Assembly (NCBI GenBank): GCA_964652315.1
Contig: CAZZBU010000002.1
Span: forward strand, 7,812-71,811
Direction of reading: 5' to 3'
Length of the DNA stretch: 64,000 bases
DNA from: an uncultured Bacteroidales bacterium
GTDB taxonomy: Bacteria > Bacteroidota > Bacteroidia > Bacteroidales > JAAAOM01
A program made the translations under genes and the position numbers. The notes beneath the pieces are model-generated. The model worked only from the letters and a program-made list of their open reading frames with translations, made no database searches and was not told the DNA's origin. Shown one piece after another: positions 45,374 to 56,659 of this stretch; the stretch's first letter is position 1, and each line of letters begins with the position of its first letter.

Positions 45374-48300
45374 ATGAAATTATCCTTATATACCGTCCTG
45401 CTTTTATTGCTGTTTGCTCCGGCAATACTGGCTCAGAAGAATTATTCTCAGATAGAGAACAGGGACCATTACCAAACAGCAATTGAATTATTTGAAAAGG
45501 AGAAATATAGTTCAGCCCAACGATATTTTGAAAAATATATCCAACGAAATCAGCACAATCCTTCTCTGCAGGTTGTGAACGCTGAATATTATGCTGCCCT
45601 GTGTGCACTTCGCCTGTATAATAATGACGCGGAGTACCGTGTTGTGCGTTTTATTGATGAATACCCTGAAAGCCATCATGTAAATAATATAAAGCTTGAA
45701 GCAGGCGAATATTTTTATTCACGGAAGAATTACAGGCAGGCCATTGACTGGCTTTTGCAGGTGGAACAGTCCCTGCTCAAAGGAGAGACAAAAGCAGAAG
45801 TTCAATTTAAACTGGCCTATAGTTATTTTGAAACCGATGATCTTGAAAATGCCCGGATCAATTTTTTTAAGGTAAAAGACAAGGATACAAAATATGCCTC
45901 ACCGGCCACCTATTACTACGGGCATATTAATTATTCACAGGAAAACTATGAAACAGCACTGACCAATTTTCTGGAGCTGACACATGATGAATCCTTCGGG
46001 CCAATTGTGCCTTACTACATTACTCAAATATACTACCTTCAGAAGAGGTATGATCAGGTTATTGAATATGCACCCGGTTTGATGGATAATATTATTCCGA
46101 AACGAAAAGCTGAAGTTGCCCGAATCATTGGGGAATCCTATTTCCGGCGAAACAATTTCAGACAGGCCATTGAATACCTCGAAATATATGCCGAAGAATC
46201 CGGCACTACCTCTGCCGGGGATAAATATCAACTGGCCTATTGCTATTATCAGCTAGGTAACTACCCAAAAGCAGTGGCCCTGTTTGAGCAGTTTACCAAC
46301 AGCAATAATGAATTGGCACAGAATGCACTCTATCATCTTGCTCATAGCTATTTGTTAATGGAGGAACGCGATAAGGCCCGCACGGCATTTTCCGGGGCAG
46401 CTAACCTTGAATTTGATAACGCCATTCGGGAAGATGCATTGTTTAACTATGCCAAACTTACGTATGAATTATCCTATTCGCCATTTAATGAAGCAATTCG
46501 TGCGTTTAATAAATACCTAAGGTTGTTTCCGGATTCAAAGAAAAAAAATGAGGTATATAACTATCTGGTGATGGCTTATCTTAATACAAAGAATTACCGG
46601 TTGGCATTAAGTTCAATAGAAAAAATCGAAGATCGCGATGAGCAAATGAACAAGGCCTATCAGCAAATCACCTTTTTCCGGGCCCTGGAATTGTATAATA
46701 ATCTTCAGTTTCAGGAGGCAATAGCGTTGTTGGAAAAATCTTTGGAATACAGCAGGTACAACCGCATTATATCCGCAAGGACGCACTATTGGATGGGTGA
46801 GTCTTATTACCGCCTTGGTGAATATGTAAAAGCTACTGAGATGCTGCAGGAGTTTATTCTGATGTCCGGCGCATTTCAGCTAAATGAATACCAACTGGCG
46901 CACTATACACTTGGATATGCCTATTTCAATCAAAAAAAGTATACTGAAGCAGCCACCTGGTTCCGTAAGTATGTTGCCTTTGAAGATAACTCCAATACTA
47001 AAACCGTGACTGATGCGAATATCCGTATTGGCGATTGCCTTTTTGTAAATATTCAGTACTGGCCGGCACTTGAGTATTATGAGAAAGCAGCCAATAAAGG
47101 GGATTATGATGTAGATTATGCTTTGTTCCAGCAAGGTTTTGTATACGGACTGGTCCAGCGTCCACAAAAGAAAATTGAGTTGATGAGAAGAATTCTGAGT
47201 GAGCACCCGGAATCTTCTTATGCAGACGATGCCTTATTTGAGCTTGGTAAGGCTTATACTGCCCAACAAAACAATACCCAGGCCGGACAGTATTATAACG
47301 AGTTAATAAATAGCTATCCTAACAGCAGTTATAAAAAGAAATCATTGGTGCAGCTCGGCCTGATTTACTATAATACGGACCGAAATGATCAGGCCCTGGA
47401 GATGTATAAATCTGTGGTTGAAAACTACCCGGGTACCCCGGAAGCCAAAGACGCCTTACTCGGAATAAAGAATATCTATCTTGATATGAACGATGTGGAC
47501 AGGTATTTCGATTATGTAAAAGAGCAGGGAAATTATGTTACCATCAGCACTGCCGAGCAGGATTCACTCACCTACAAGGCGGCAGAAAATCTATATATGG
47601 CCGGTAATTGTGATCGGGCTGTCCAGCAAATGACAGGATATCTTGAAAAGTATCCCCAGGGTGTGTTCACAACAAATGCCTGGTTTTACAAAGGCGATTG
47701 CCACTATCAGAATGAGCAATATGAGGAAGCCTTAAAAGCATTTAATAAGGTTATTGAGGAACCTAAAAATATGTTTACCGAAGCGGCCCTGTTGGGTGCT
47801 TCGCGGATTAATTTTGCAAATGAGGAGTATCAGGTTGCCCTTGAGAATTACACAGAGCTGGAGAAAGTAACAGAATTGAAAGGAAACCTTATCGAAGCCA
47901 GGCTTGGACAGATGCGCTGCCACTATCTTCTTGCTCAATATGAAAAGGCCATTGCTGCAGCCAATGAATTGTTGCTTACTGAAAAGATATCATCTGAAAT
48001 GGAACGTGAGGCCCGGTTTCAAATAGCTACATCCTACCGAAAAATTGGCAGGGAGGATGATGCCCTTGATGAATACAGACTGGTTGCTCAGGAGGTAACC
48101 AGCGAAGAAGGTGCTGAATCGAAATACTGGGCGGCTCAATTGCTGTTTAACAAAGAAGAGTTGGAGAAAGCCGAGGAGGTGATTTTTGAATTTATTGATA
48201 TGAACACACCGCACCAGTACTGGATGGCCAGATCATTTATATTGCTGGCAAAAACATATATGGAACGCGAGGATTATTTCCAGGCTGGACATACCTTGCA

Positions 48301-48457
48301 AAGCATTCTTGATTATTACGAAATAAAGGATGATGGGATTATTGATGAGGCCAGGCAATTGAAACAAACCATTGAACAGCTTGAAGGTGAGGAAAACAAA
48401 TCTCCTGAATTGCAGGATATTGAAATCAATATCGATGAAGATTCAACAAATGAGTAA
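45374..48457 (+). CDS. large secreted tetratricopeptide-repeat protein
   Basis: 1027 aa. Signal peptide ending 'APAILAQ'. Many A/Y/L-periodic TPR units such as 'YQLAYCYYQLGNYPKAVALFEQF' and 'ALFELGKAYTAQQNNTQAGQYYNELI'. Confidence 0.85.
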   Translation: MKLSLYTVLLLLLFAPAILAQKNYSQIENRDHYQTAIELFEKEKYSSAQRYFEKYIQRNQHNPSLQVVNAEYYAALCALRLYNNDAEYRVVRFIDEYPESHHVNNIKLEAGEYFYSRKNYRQAIDWLLQVEQSLLKGETKAEVQFKLAYSYFETDDLENARINFFKVKDKDTKYASPATYYYGHINYSQENYETALTNFLELTHDESFGPIVPYYITQIYYLQKRYDQVIEYAPGLMDNIIPKRKAEVARIIGESYFRRNNFRQAIEYLEIYAEESGTTSAGDKYQLAYCYYQLGNYPKAVALFEQFTNSNNELAQNALYHLAHSYLLMEERDKARTAFSGAANLEFDNAIREDALFNYAKLTYELSYSPFNEAIRAFNKYLRLFPDSKKKNEVYNYLVMAYLNTKNYRLALSSIEKIEDRDEQMNKAYQQITFFRALELYNNLQFQEAIALLEKSLEYSRYNRIISARTHYWMGESYYRLGEYVKATEMLQEFILMSGAFQLNEYQLAHYTLGYAYFNQKKYTEAATWFRKYVAFEDNSNTKTVTDANIRIGDCLFVNIQYWPALEYYEKAANKGDYDVDYALFQQGFVYGLVQRPQKKIELMRRILSEHPESSYADDALFELGKAYTAQQNNTQAGQYYNELINSYPNSSYKKKSLVQLGLIYYNTDRNDQALEMYKSVVENYPGTPEAKDALLGIKNIYLDMNDVDRYFDYVKEQGNYVTISTAEQDSLTYKAAENLYMAGNCDRAVQQMTGYLEKYPQGVFTTNAWFYKGDCHYQNEQYEEALKAFNKVIEEPKNMFTEAALLGASRINFANEEYQVALENYTELEKVTELKGNLIEARLGQMRCHYLLAQYEKAIAAANELLLTEKISSEMEREARFQIATSYRKIGREDDALDEYRLVAQEVTSEEGAESKYWAAQLLFNKEELEKAEEVIFEFIDMNTPHQYWMARSFILLAKTYMEREDYFQAGHTLQSILDYYEIKDDGIIDEARQLKQTIEQLEGEENKSPELQDIEINIDEDSTNE

Positions 48458-48460
48458 ACT

Positions 48461-50131
48461 ATGAACAGAGCATTTAAAAATAACATACCTGTAATTTTTT
48501 TATTTTTTTTTGGGTTTCCTTTATTAAGCCATGCCCAACAAGATGAAATTAAGAAAGAGGTTCAGGTCGTGAAACCTTATGAACCCACTTTGTCAGGTGC
48601 CTTTAAGATAAATGTATTGCCCAAAATGGATGAAAACATCAGGGTAAACCCGGATTATGAATACTCCATAACACCCCGGAAAATGGTCTCCGATTTTGAT
48701 GTTCGTCCCATTTCGGCTGCAAAAATGGTTAGCCCGCCATTAAGCAAATATTACAAGACTTACTTGAAACTCGGGCTGGGTAATTATTTTACCCCCATGG
48801 CACAGCTCAGTATCAATAGCCTGCGTTCCAAAGATTTGACTTACGGCGTTAATTTTAATCATCAGTCTTCAGCCGGCAAAGTAACCCTGGCCAATGACGA
48901 AAAGGTATTTGCCGGTTACGGGAATACTCAGGTTGATATGTTTGGCAAAAAACTCTACCGAAAAGCCACGCTTTCAGGGAATCTCAACCTAAACACCAAC
49001 ACAGTGTATAATTATGGATACAATCCTGAAATTGATACAACACTGGAGAAAAGTGATATTAAGCAAACCTTTTTGGATTTGGGCGCTGGGTTGAACCTTG
49101 CTTCTGCAAAAAAAGATTCTTCCCGGTTTCACTATGCTTTAGGATTGGATTATAATTATTTTCAGGATTTGCAATCAAACAAGGAAAATATAATAGCCAT
49201 TAAAGCCAACATGGGTAAAGGATTTAATGAACGGTTTTTCGGTGCTGATATCTCTACAGATCTTTATGTTCCTTCTGATGATATAGATTCAAGCATAACA
49301 ACAGTTATTGGATTGGCCCCTTACTTAACAAAAGCAACCAGCGAATGGCGGTTTTTTATTGGAGCAAACGTATTTCTTGAAGCCAGGGCGGGCGATATAG
49401 ACTTTGCCCTTTATCCGAACCTGCAGTTTGAATTTAATGTGATTCCCAAAATTATGGTTGCTTATCTTGCAGCTGACGGGTACTGGGATATCAATAATTA
49501 TCGTAAACTGGCATACGAAAATCATTTTATCCTGCCAGGACTTACGGTTGAAAAAACCAGACATAAACTTATCAGCTATGCAGGCTTGAAGGGTAATTTC
49601 AGCTCAGACATCACTTATAACCTCAGAGGGACATATTCCCGGGTCAATGATTTATTCTTCTTTGTTAACGACACCATTTCTGAAATTTCAAATTTTTTCC
49701 ACATAGAACAGGACGACGTTGAAATTACAGAAGTGAAAGCACAAGTCAGCTATAGTCATTCTGAGAAGCTAACCTTTGACGGACATGTAACCTATAAACA
49801 ATATACCATGGATACCGAGGAACATCCATGGCATTACCCGGCTTTCAGGTATGGAATTGAAGGTCATTATAATCTACAGGATAAAATTATTGTAAATGCC
49901 GGGCTGCTGGGTATGGGAAAACGCTATGCCAAGGTTTACAATCAAACCGGATACGAAACAAAGGAATTGAAAGGAATACTGAATATCAATCTGGGCATTG
50001 AATACAGGTATTCAAAAATATTATCGGGTTTTATTACCATAAGTAATTTAACGGCCAATAAATATCAGCACTGGAATTATTATCCATCTCAGAAATTGCT
50101 TTTAATGGGTGGATTTACTTACAGTTTGTGA
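48461..50131 (+). CDS. predicted outer-membrane beta-barrel (putative porin-like) protein
   Basis: 556 aa. Signal peptide '..FPLLSHAQ'. Alternating-hydrophobic, Tyr/Gly/Asn-rich strands up to the C-terminal 'LLLMGGFTYSL'. Starts 4 nt after the TPR gene stop. Confidence 0.6.
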   Translation: MNRAFKNNIPVIFLFFFGFPLLSHAQQDEIKKEVQVVKPYEPTLSGAFKINVLPKMDENIRVNPDYEYSITPRKMVSDFDVRPISAAKMVSPPLSKYYKTYLKLGLGNYFTPMAQLSINSLRSKDLTYGVNFNHQSSAGKVTLANDEKVFAGYGNTQVDMFGKKLYRKATLSGNLNLNTNTVYNYGYNPEIDTTLEKSDIKQTFLDLGAGLNLASAKKDSSRFHYALGLDYNYFQDLQSNKENIIAIKANMGKGFNERFFGADISTDLYVPSDDIDSSITTVIGLAPYLTKATSEWRFFIGANVFLEARAGDIDFALYPNLQFEFNVIPKIMVAYLAADGYWDINNYRKLAYENHFILPGLTVEKTRHKLISYAGLKGNFSSDITYNLRGTYSRVNDLFFFVNDTISEISNFFHIEQDDVEITEVKAQVSYSHSEKLTFDGHVTYKQYTMDTEEHPWHYPAFRYGIEGHYNLQDKIIVNAGLLGMGKRYAKVYNQTGYETKELKGILNINLGIEYRYSKILSGFITISNLTANKYQHWNYYPSQKLLLMGGFTYSL

Positions 50132-50420
50132 TTTCAATCAGATTGTTAACTAGTTGTTGAAAAAATACCGTTTTATTCCCAAAAAACACCCTGAAAATTC
50201 ATTAAAAATCACTACATTTGTTAGGTTTTAAGTTCTTGTATAAGAAATAATTATGATGTTCAAAAATGTCCGGATATTTCTTATGGGCAACAAACTTGGA
50301 TCCAGACCATCGGTGAATGCTTTTTACCGATGAATTTCATGAATTAAAATGATTGTAAATGATGCCGGTTACAGGATTGTAAGGTCTTGTATTCCAGTTT
50401 TTTTTGATTATAATTAATGA

Positions 50421-52433
<2,013 letters not shown>

Positions 52434-52438
52434 AACTT

Positions 52439-52470
52439 AACCGTTGCCTGTTTTGGCAACGGTTTTTTTC
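52439..52470 (+). terminator. intrinsic terminator of gyrB
   Basis: 10-bp perfect stem AACCGTTGCC/GGCAACGGTT with a 6-nt loop and a T7 tail, 5 nt after the stop codon. Confidence 0.85.
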
Positions 52471-52669
52471 TTGAAAAATACTTGTTAACCTCCCTGTCTT
52501 TAACTGGCCTCATTGAGGATGCCTTTATTGCTGCTGATGAAGTAAATCTTATTGTTGAAGTTATCAACATTTTGTTATACACGGTCAGTTTCAGGGTAAA
52601 AAACAATTATATTTATATTATCTTCATTGACGAAGGTTGAAATTATATCAGCGGTTGTTAACTTAAAAG

Positions 52670-53665
52670 ATGCAAAAAATGCGTAAATTAATGATTCTGG
52701 TTTTTTTGGTAGTAACCAGTGTTATGGCAATGTCACAAACCCATCATCCTGCAAGCCGAATTTCTGAAATGAAGTGGGAGCTTGATTATCAGATTTATAT
52801 GACGATGACTGATGATTCAACCTATACACTCGAAGTCTCAGATCTATTTCATGTTACGCCGGATGCAGACAAAGCTTTTACCTCCGAATTTGTATATTAT
52901 CCGGTATCCCTGGGGGAAGGTTTTGTCAATGAAGTAAAAAACAGAAATCAGGCCCAACCCACCGCAGAATTGAAACACAAAACCCTTTGGAGTGCCTTGC
53001 ATCAAACTCTTGGAAGCGGATGGGTGCATTTTACCAATTGTTTGCTTTACTCGCTTGAAACAGAAAATCTTATTCTGACTGCCCCTTTAATGAAACGGCC
53101 GGAAACAAAATGGAAACCGGATCCGGTTACCGAAACATATAAGCGCACAAAAAAATGGGACTACTACGTTCCAGTAAATCAAAAAGATGCTCAAAAAGAA
53201 TATAAGGCCAGGTTAAAACATAATCAATTGGGTGATTTGCAAAACATACCAGAGTCATTCATTACTATATTTACAGAAACTACCAACCGCGAATATGAGA
53301 GACTAAAAGAAGAAGGGAAAACCAATCAGCTTGCGAAAATTGATCTCGTAAAACTCATGCTCGGTGTCAATTACCTTAGTGAAGTACAAATCACCTACAT
53401 CCGTAACTCGGTTTTAAAGGCTGTGAAAAAATACTCCGTTAATAAGTTGCCGTCGGTTATTATTTTTGAAAATTATGAAGCTGCTGCTGCCATGTCGCTT
53501 AATGAAAAGGGCTATCAGATAGAACAAATTGTATTTAGCAACAAGGCTAACCTTAAAGAAGAAGAAGCCAGCCAACGGGAGGGGGAAATCAGGAAAATCA
53601 TTGCAGAGATTAATGATTATAACCAGAAAGCTTTTGAGAAACGGTTAAAGCATTATTATAAATAA
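52670..53665 (+). CDS. secreted hypothetical protein with charged coiled-coil-like C-terminus
   Basis: 331 aa. Signal peptide '..VMAMSQ'. No family motif recognised. Confidence 0.55.
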   Translation: MQKMRKLMILVFLVVTSVMAMSQTHHPASRISEMKWELDYQIYMTMTDDSTYTLEVSDLFHVTPDADKAFTSEFVYYPVSLGEGFVNEVKNRNQAQPTAELKHKTLWSALHQTLGSGWVHFTNCLLYSLETENLILTAPLMKRPETKWKPDPVTETYKRTKKWDYYVPVNQKDAQKEYKARLKHNQLGDLQNIPESFITIFTETTNREYERLKEEGKTNQLAKIDLVKLMLGVNYLSEVQITYIRNSVLKAVKKYSVNKLPSVIIFENYEAAAAMSLNEKGYQIEQIVFSNKANLKEEEASQREGEIRKIIAEINDYNQKAFEKRLKHYYK

Positions 53666-53825
53666 ACCAGTGTCATGTCTTGTCCGTTTCCGGACATCTC
53701 TGTTCACCAGAGTGCAGCATTTTTGAAAAACTTATGCCTCTTGTTATTACTCAAGTTGTTGTTATATAACGCTTTATGTTGTTTGGCACAAGTTATGGAC
53801 ATGGTTTTGCATAAACCAAAAAAAG

Positions 53826-54488
53826 ATGATGATGAAAACAATTAAAACTATTGCACTGAGTATAAAAAGCCTGTTACTATTAGCGTTGGCTATGGCAATT
53901 AGCACAGCCTATGGAAATCCCAAAAATAATCCGGCCCCTAGAGCTGATGAAGCTGATAATACACGAATGGTATATACCATGCTTGATAATCATAATGGAT
54001 TAGATTATTATTTTGGGAGTACCACAGTTTCCGGATGCCAGGAGGTAACCGTGGAAGGATTTATTGATAATGAATTTAGTGCATTACAAATCTGGCTGGT
54101 AAAACAACAACACACTAAACGTAACATTGTGCTAAAAAATGAGGCCGGAGAATACTTTATTGCTGAACGTGATGTAAAGCCCGAAATTGAAGTTGAACAA
54201 TTGGAAAGGATTATCCAGTCGAATCTAAAATACCCTGATTTTGCAGCTCAAACGGGTGAATCAGGTACTGTTCACGTGTTGTTTCTTGTAGATGAGAAAG
54301 GTGAAATATCAAAAGTTATTACAGATATTAGCCAAAAACAACGCAAAATAAGTACGTGTGTATCCCTCAGGGAAGCAGCCAGACGTTCCATTATGGCTAC
54401 TGATGGCTTGTGGGCACCGGCTATGGTGAATGGCCAGCCTGTTAAGAAATGGATGTACGTTCCGGTGCGGTTCAACCTTAAAGGATAA
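53826..54488 (+). CDS. secreted protein with C-terminal TonB_C-like domain
   Basis: 220 aa with a signal peptide. C-terminus 'YPDFAAQTGESGTVHVLFLVDEKGEIS...W.PA.VNGQPVKKWMYVPVRFNL' fits the TonB C-terminal fold. There is no Pro-rich linker or ExbD-interacting TM. Confidence 0.6.
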   Translation: MMMKTIKTIALSIKSLLLLALAMAISTAYGNPKNNPAPRADEADNTRMVYTMLDNHNGLDYYFGSTTVSGCQEVTVEGFIDNEFSALQIWLVKQQHTKRNIVLKNEAGEYFIAERDVKPEIEVEQLERIIQSNLKYPDFAAQTGESGTVHVLFLVDEKGEISKVITDISQKQRKISTCVSLREAARRSIMATDGLWAPAMVNGQPVKKWMYVPVRFNLKG

Positions 54489-54504
54489 AACTATGCTGAG
54501 GAAA

Positions 54505-54547
54505 AGAAAAAAGTGATTTTTCGGTTTTCTGAAAAATCACTTTTTTT
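54505..54547. terminator. bidirectional intrinsic terminator between convergent genes
   Basis: AAAAAAGTGATTTTTC - loop GGTTTTCT - GAAAAATCACTTTTTT. Perfect 10-bp core, extended by A/T runs on both sides. Confidence 0.8.
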
Positions 54548-54552
54548 ATGCG

Positions 54553-55311
54553 TTAAAACCCCACAGATACGCCGCCATCCACAGGCAAACATACTCCGTT
54601 AATAAAACCGGCCGCATCCGAGGCCAGAAACTGAGCAGCATAGCCTACCTCGGTAATTTCCCCGAGCCTGTTCATTGGTGTTCTTGAAAGAATTTTTTGC
54701 TTTCGCCCGGGGTCGCTGTTTAAGGCTTTTTCGGACATATTAGTCTTTATCCAGCCCGGAGCAATAGCGTTCACCCGTATTCCATGGGGTGACCATTCTA
54801 CTGCAAGTGTCCTGACCATTCCGAGAATGGCAGATTTTGCAGCACTATACGCAATGACTCCCGGAATTCCGAACAAGGAAGCCATGGAAGCGATAAACAG
54901 GATGTTTCCTTTACCTCTTAATTTCATTCTTCGGCCAACCTGCCTGGTCAGTGAGTGTGCACCTACAAGATGGGTGTTGAGTAAGCTTGTCAGCTCGTCT
55001 TCACTGGTGTCTTCGGATGGTTTTTTGAGGTGGTTACCTGCATTATTAACCAGAATAGTTATAGGGCCTACTTCCTCTTCCAGTTTATCGATGAAAATAT
55101 CATTGTGCGTATAGTCTGTAATATCATGCGTATAGCAATAAACCTGCTCGCCCAGCTCTTGTCTTGTATGTTCTAATTTTTCAGAATTTCTTCCGGTAAT
55201 TATCACTTTAGCTCCGGCCTGAACATAAGCATTGGCAATGGCTTTGCCAATACCGCTGCCCCCACCGGTGATTAAAGCAATCTCATCCTTTAATAGAAAT
55301 GGATGTGACAT
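54553..55311 (-). CDS. SDR-family oxidoreductase
   Basis: 252 aa. 'ALITGGGSGIGKAIA' (TGxxxGxG), 'NNAG' and the catalytic 'YSAAKSA' (YxxxK). Confidence 0.9.
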   Translation of the reverse strand: MSHPFLLKDEIALITGGGSGIGKAIANAYVQAGAKVIITGRNSEKLEHTRQELGEQVYCYTHDITDYTHNDIFIDKLEEEVGPITILVNNAGNHLKKPSEDTSEDELTSLLNTHLVGAHSLTRQVGRRMKLRGKGNILFIASMASLFGIPGVIAYSAAKSAILGMVRTLAVEWSPHGIRVNAIAPGWIKTNMSEKALNSDPGRKQKILSRTPMNRLGEITEVGYAAQFLASDAAGFINGVCLPVDGGVSVGF

Positions 55312-55338
55312 TATATATTATTTGCTGTTAATAAATTA

Positions 55339-56340
55339 TTACTCCTGTTCCGACAGGAAGCGCTCCGCATCAATAGCAGCCCTGCATCCAGTGCCGGCGG
55401 CAGTTACTGCCTGACGATATACAGGATCCATCACATCGCCACACGCAAAGACACCCGGGATTTTTGTTTTGGAGGTGTCAGGAATGGTCTTAATATAACC
55501 TATCGGATCTAAATCAAGGTATTTCGCAAAAATTTCGGAATTGGGTTTATGACCAATGGCCAGGAAAAAACCGCTGATATTAATTTTAACTTCTTTTTCT
55601 TCAGGAGTGCCTTTTTTGTGTATCAATACAGCACCTTCAACACCATTTTCACCAAACAATGATTTGGTTTGGTGCTCCCACAATACTTCTATGTTCCTGG
55701 TTTTGAAAACACGTTCCTGCATTACTTTTGATGCACGCATCTGGTCCCGTCGCACAATTAAATAAACCTTATTACACAATCCGGAGAGGTACAACGCTTC
55801 TTCAGCAGCGGTATCACCTCCACCAACCACGGCAACATCTTTTCCTTTGTAAAAAAATCCATCGCAGGTAGCACAGGCAGAAACACCAGAACCAGCATAT
55901 TTTTGTTCATCGTCAAGGCCAAGGTATTTGGCTGTAGCACCGGTTGCAATAATTACAGTCTCAGCTTCAATTATTTTTTTATCATCAATGGTAACTTTAA
56001 ATGGACGTTTTGATAAGTCGGAATCAGTGGCAATGCCCCAACGGCACTCAGTACCAAATCGTTCCGCCTGTTTTTTAAGGTCTTCCATCATTTTTGGCCC
56101 GGTGATGCCCTCAGGGTAACCCGGATAGTTTTCTACCTCAGTTGTTGTTGTTAACTGTCCGCCTGGTTGCAATCCTTCGTACATTACCGGATTAAGATTA
56201 GCCCTTGCTGCATAAATGGCTGCCGTATATCCTGCCGGACCAGATCCGATAATCAAACACTTAACTTTCTCTACTTCGCCCTCGATGTTTGTCTCTTTTT
56301 TTTCTTCATCAAGGTTATCCATTGTCTTAAATAAACTCAT
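55339..56340 (-). CDS. trxB: thioredoxin-disulfide reductase
   Basis: 333 aa. FAD 'IIGSGPAGYTAA', redox-active 'CATCDG', NADPH 'VVGGGDTAAEEA' and 'GVFACGDV'. The true start may be an internal Met. Confidence 0.93.
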   Translation of the reverse strand: MSLFKTMDNLDEEKKETNIEGEVEKVKCLIIGSGPAGYTAAIYAARANLNPVMYEGLQPGGQLTTTTEVENYPGYPEGITGPKMMEDLKKQAERFGTECRWGIATDSDLSKRPFKVTIDDKKIIEAETVIIATGATAKYLGLDDEQKYAGSGVSACATCDGFFYKGKDVAVVGGGDTAAEEALYLSGLCNKVYLIVRRDQMRASKVMQERVFKTRNIEVLWEHQTKSLFGENGVEGAVLIHKKGTPEEKEVKINISGFFLAIGHKPNSEIFAKYLDLDPIGYIKTIPDTSKTKIPGVFACGDVMDPVYRQAVTAAGTGCRAAIDAERFLSEQE

Positions 56341-56659
56341 TGTATTTTTTTTTTTGTGCTAGAATGTCAATAAATATACCATAAACCATTTCATCGTTAT
56401 AATTACAGCCAGCTCCATTAAAAACACCCATAATGGCGTTAAAAATTGCTTTTTACAGCTCGATGCTGCCATTTTTTCATAGTCTTTAAGCGGAATAAAA
56501 TCCTTTTCTATATACAATTTATGCCTGATTTTGTTTTGTCGGAATCACTGGACTGTTGAAAAATGATCTTGTTCCACAGCCTCTCCATTTTCATTGAATA
56601 ACACCTTGAATTATCGAAATTATTACTATCTTTAATTCCTACCTTGCGTTGAAGACTGA

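Noticed and set aside
45374-48457. Large TPR protein as SprE/PorW
   Set aside because: SprE/PorW are lipoproteins. This protein has a cleavable signal peptide ending AQ with no lipobox Cys, and I have no motif-level support.
52670-53665. 331-aa secreted protein as GldN/PorN (T9SS/gliding)
   Set aside because: I could not find the conserved GldN motifs as I recall them, and there is no gldK/L/M context. I left it as hypothetical.
56359-56472. 37-codon minus-strand ORF (MAASSCKKQFLTPLWVFLMELAVIITMKWFMVYLLTF) 18 nt upstream of trxB
   Set aside because: It is hydrophobic and plausibly a mini-membrane protein. However, an open frame of this length is expected by chance in AT-rich DNA, and there is no recognisable family. 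It would need conservation or ribosome-profiling evidence.
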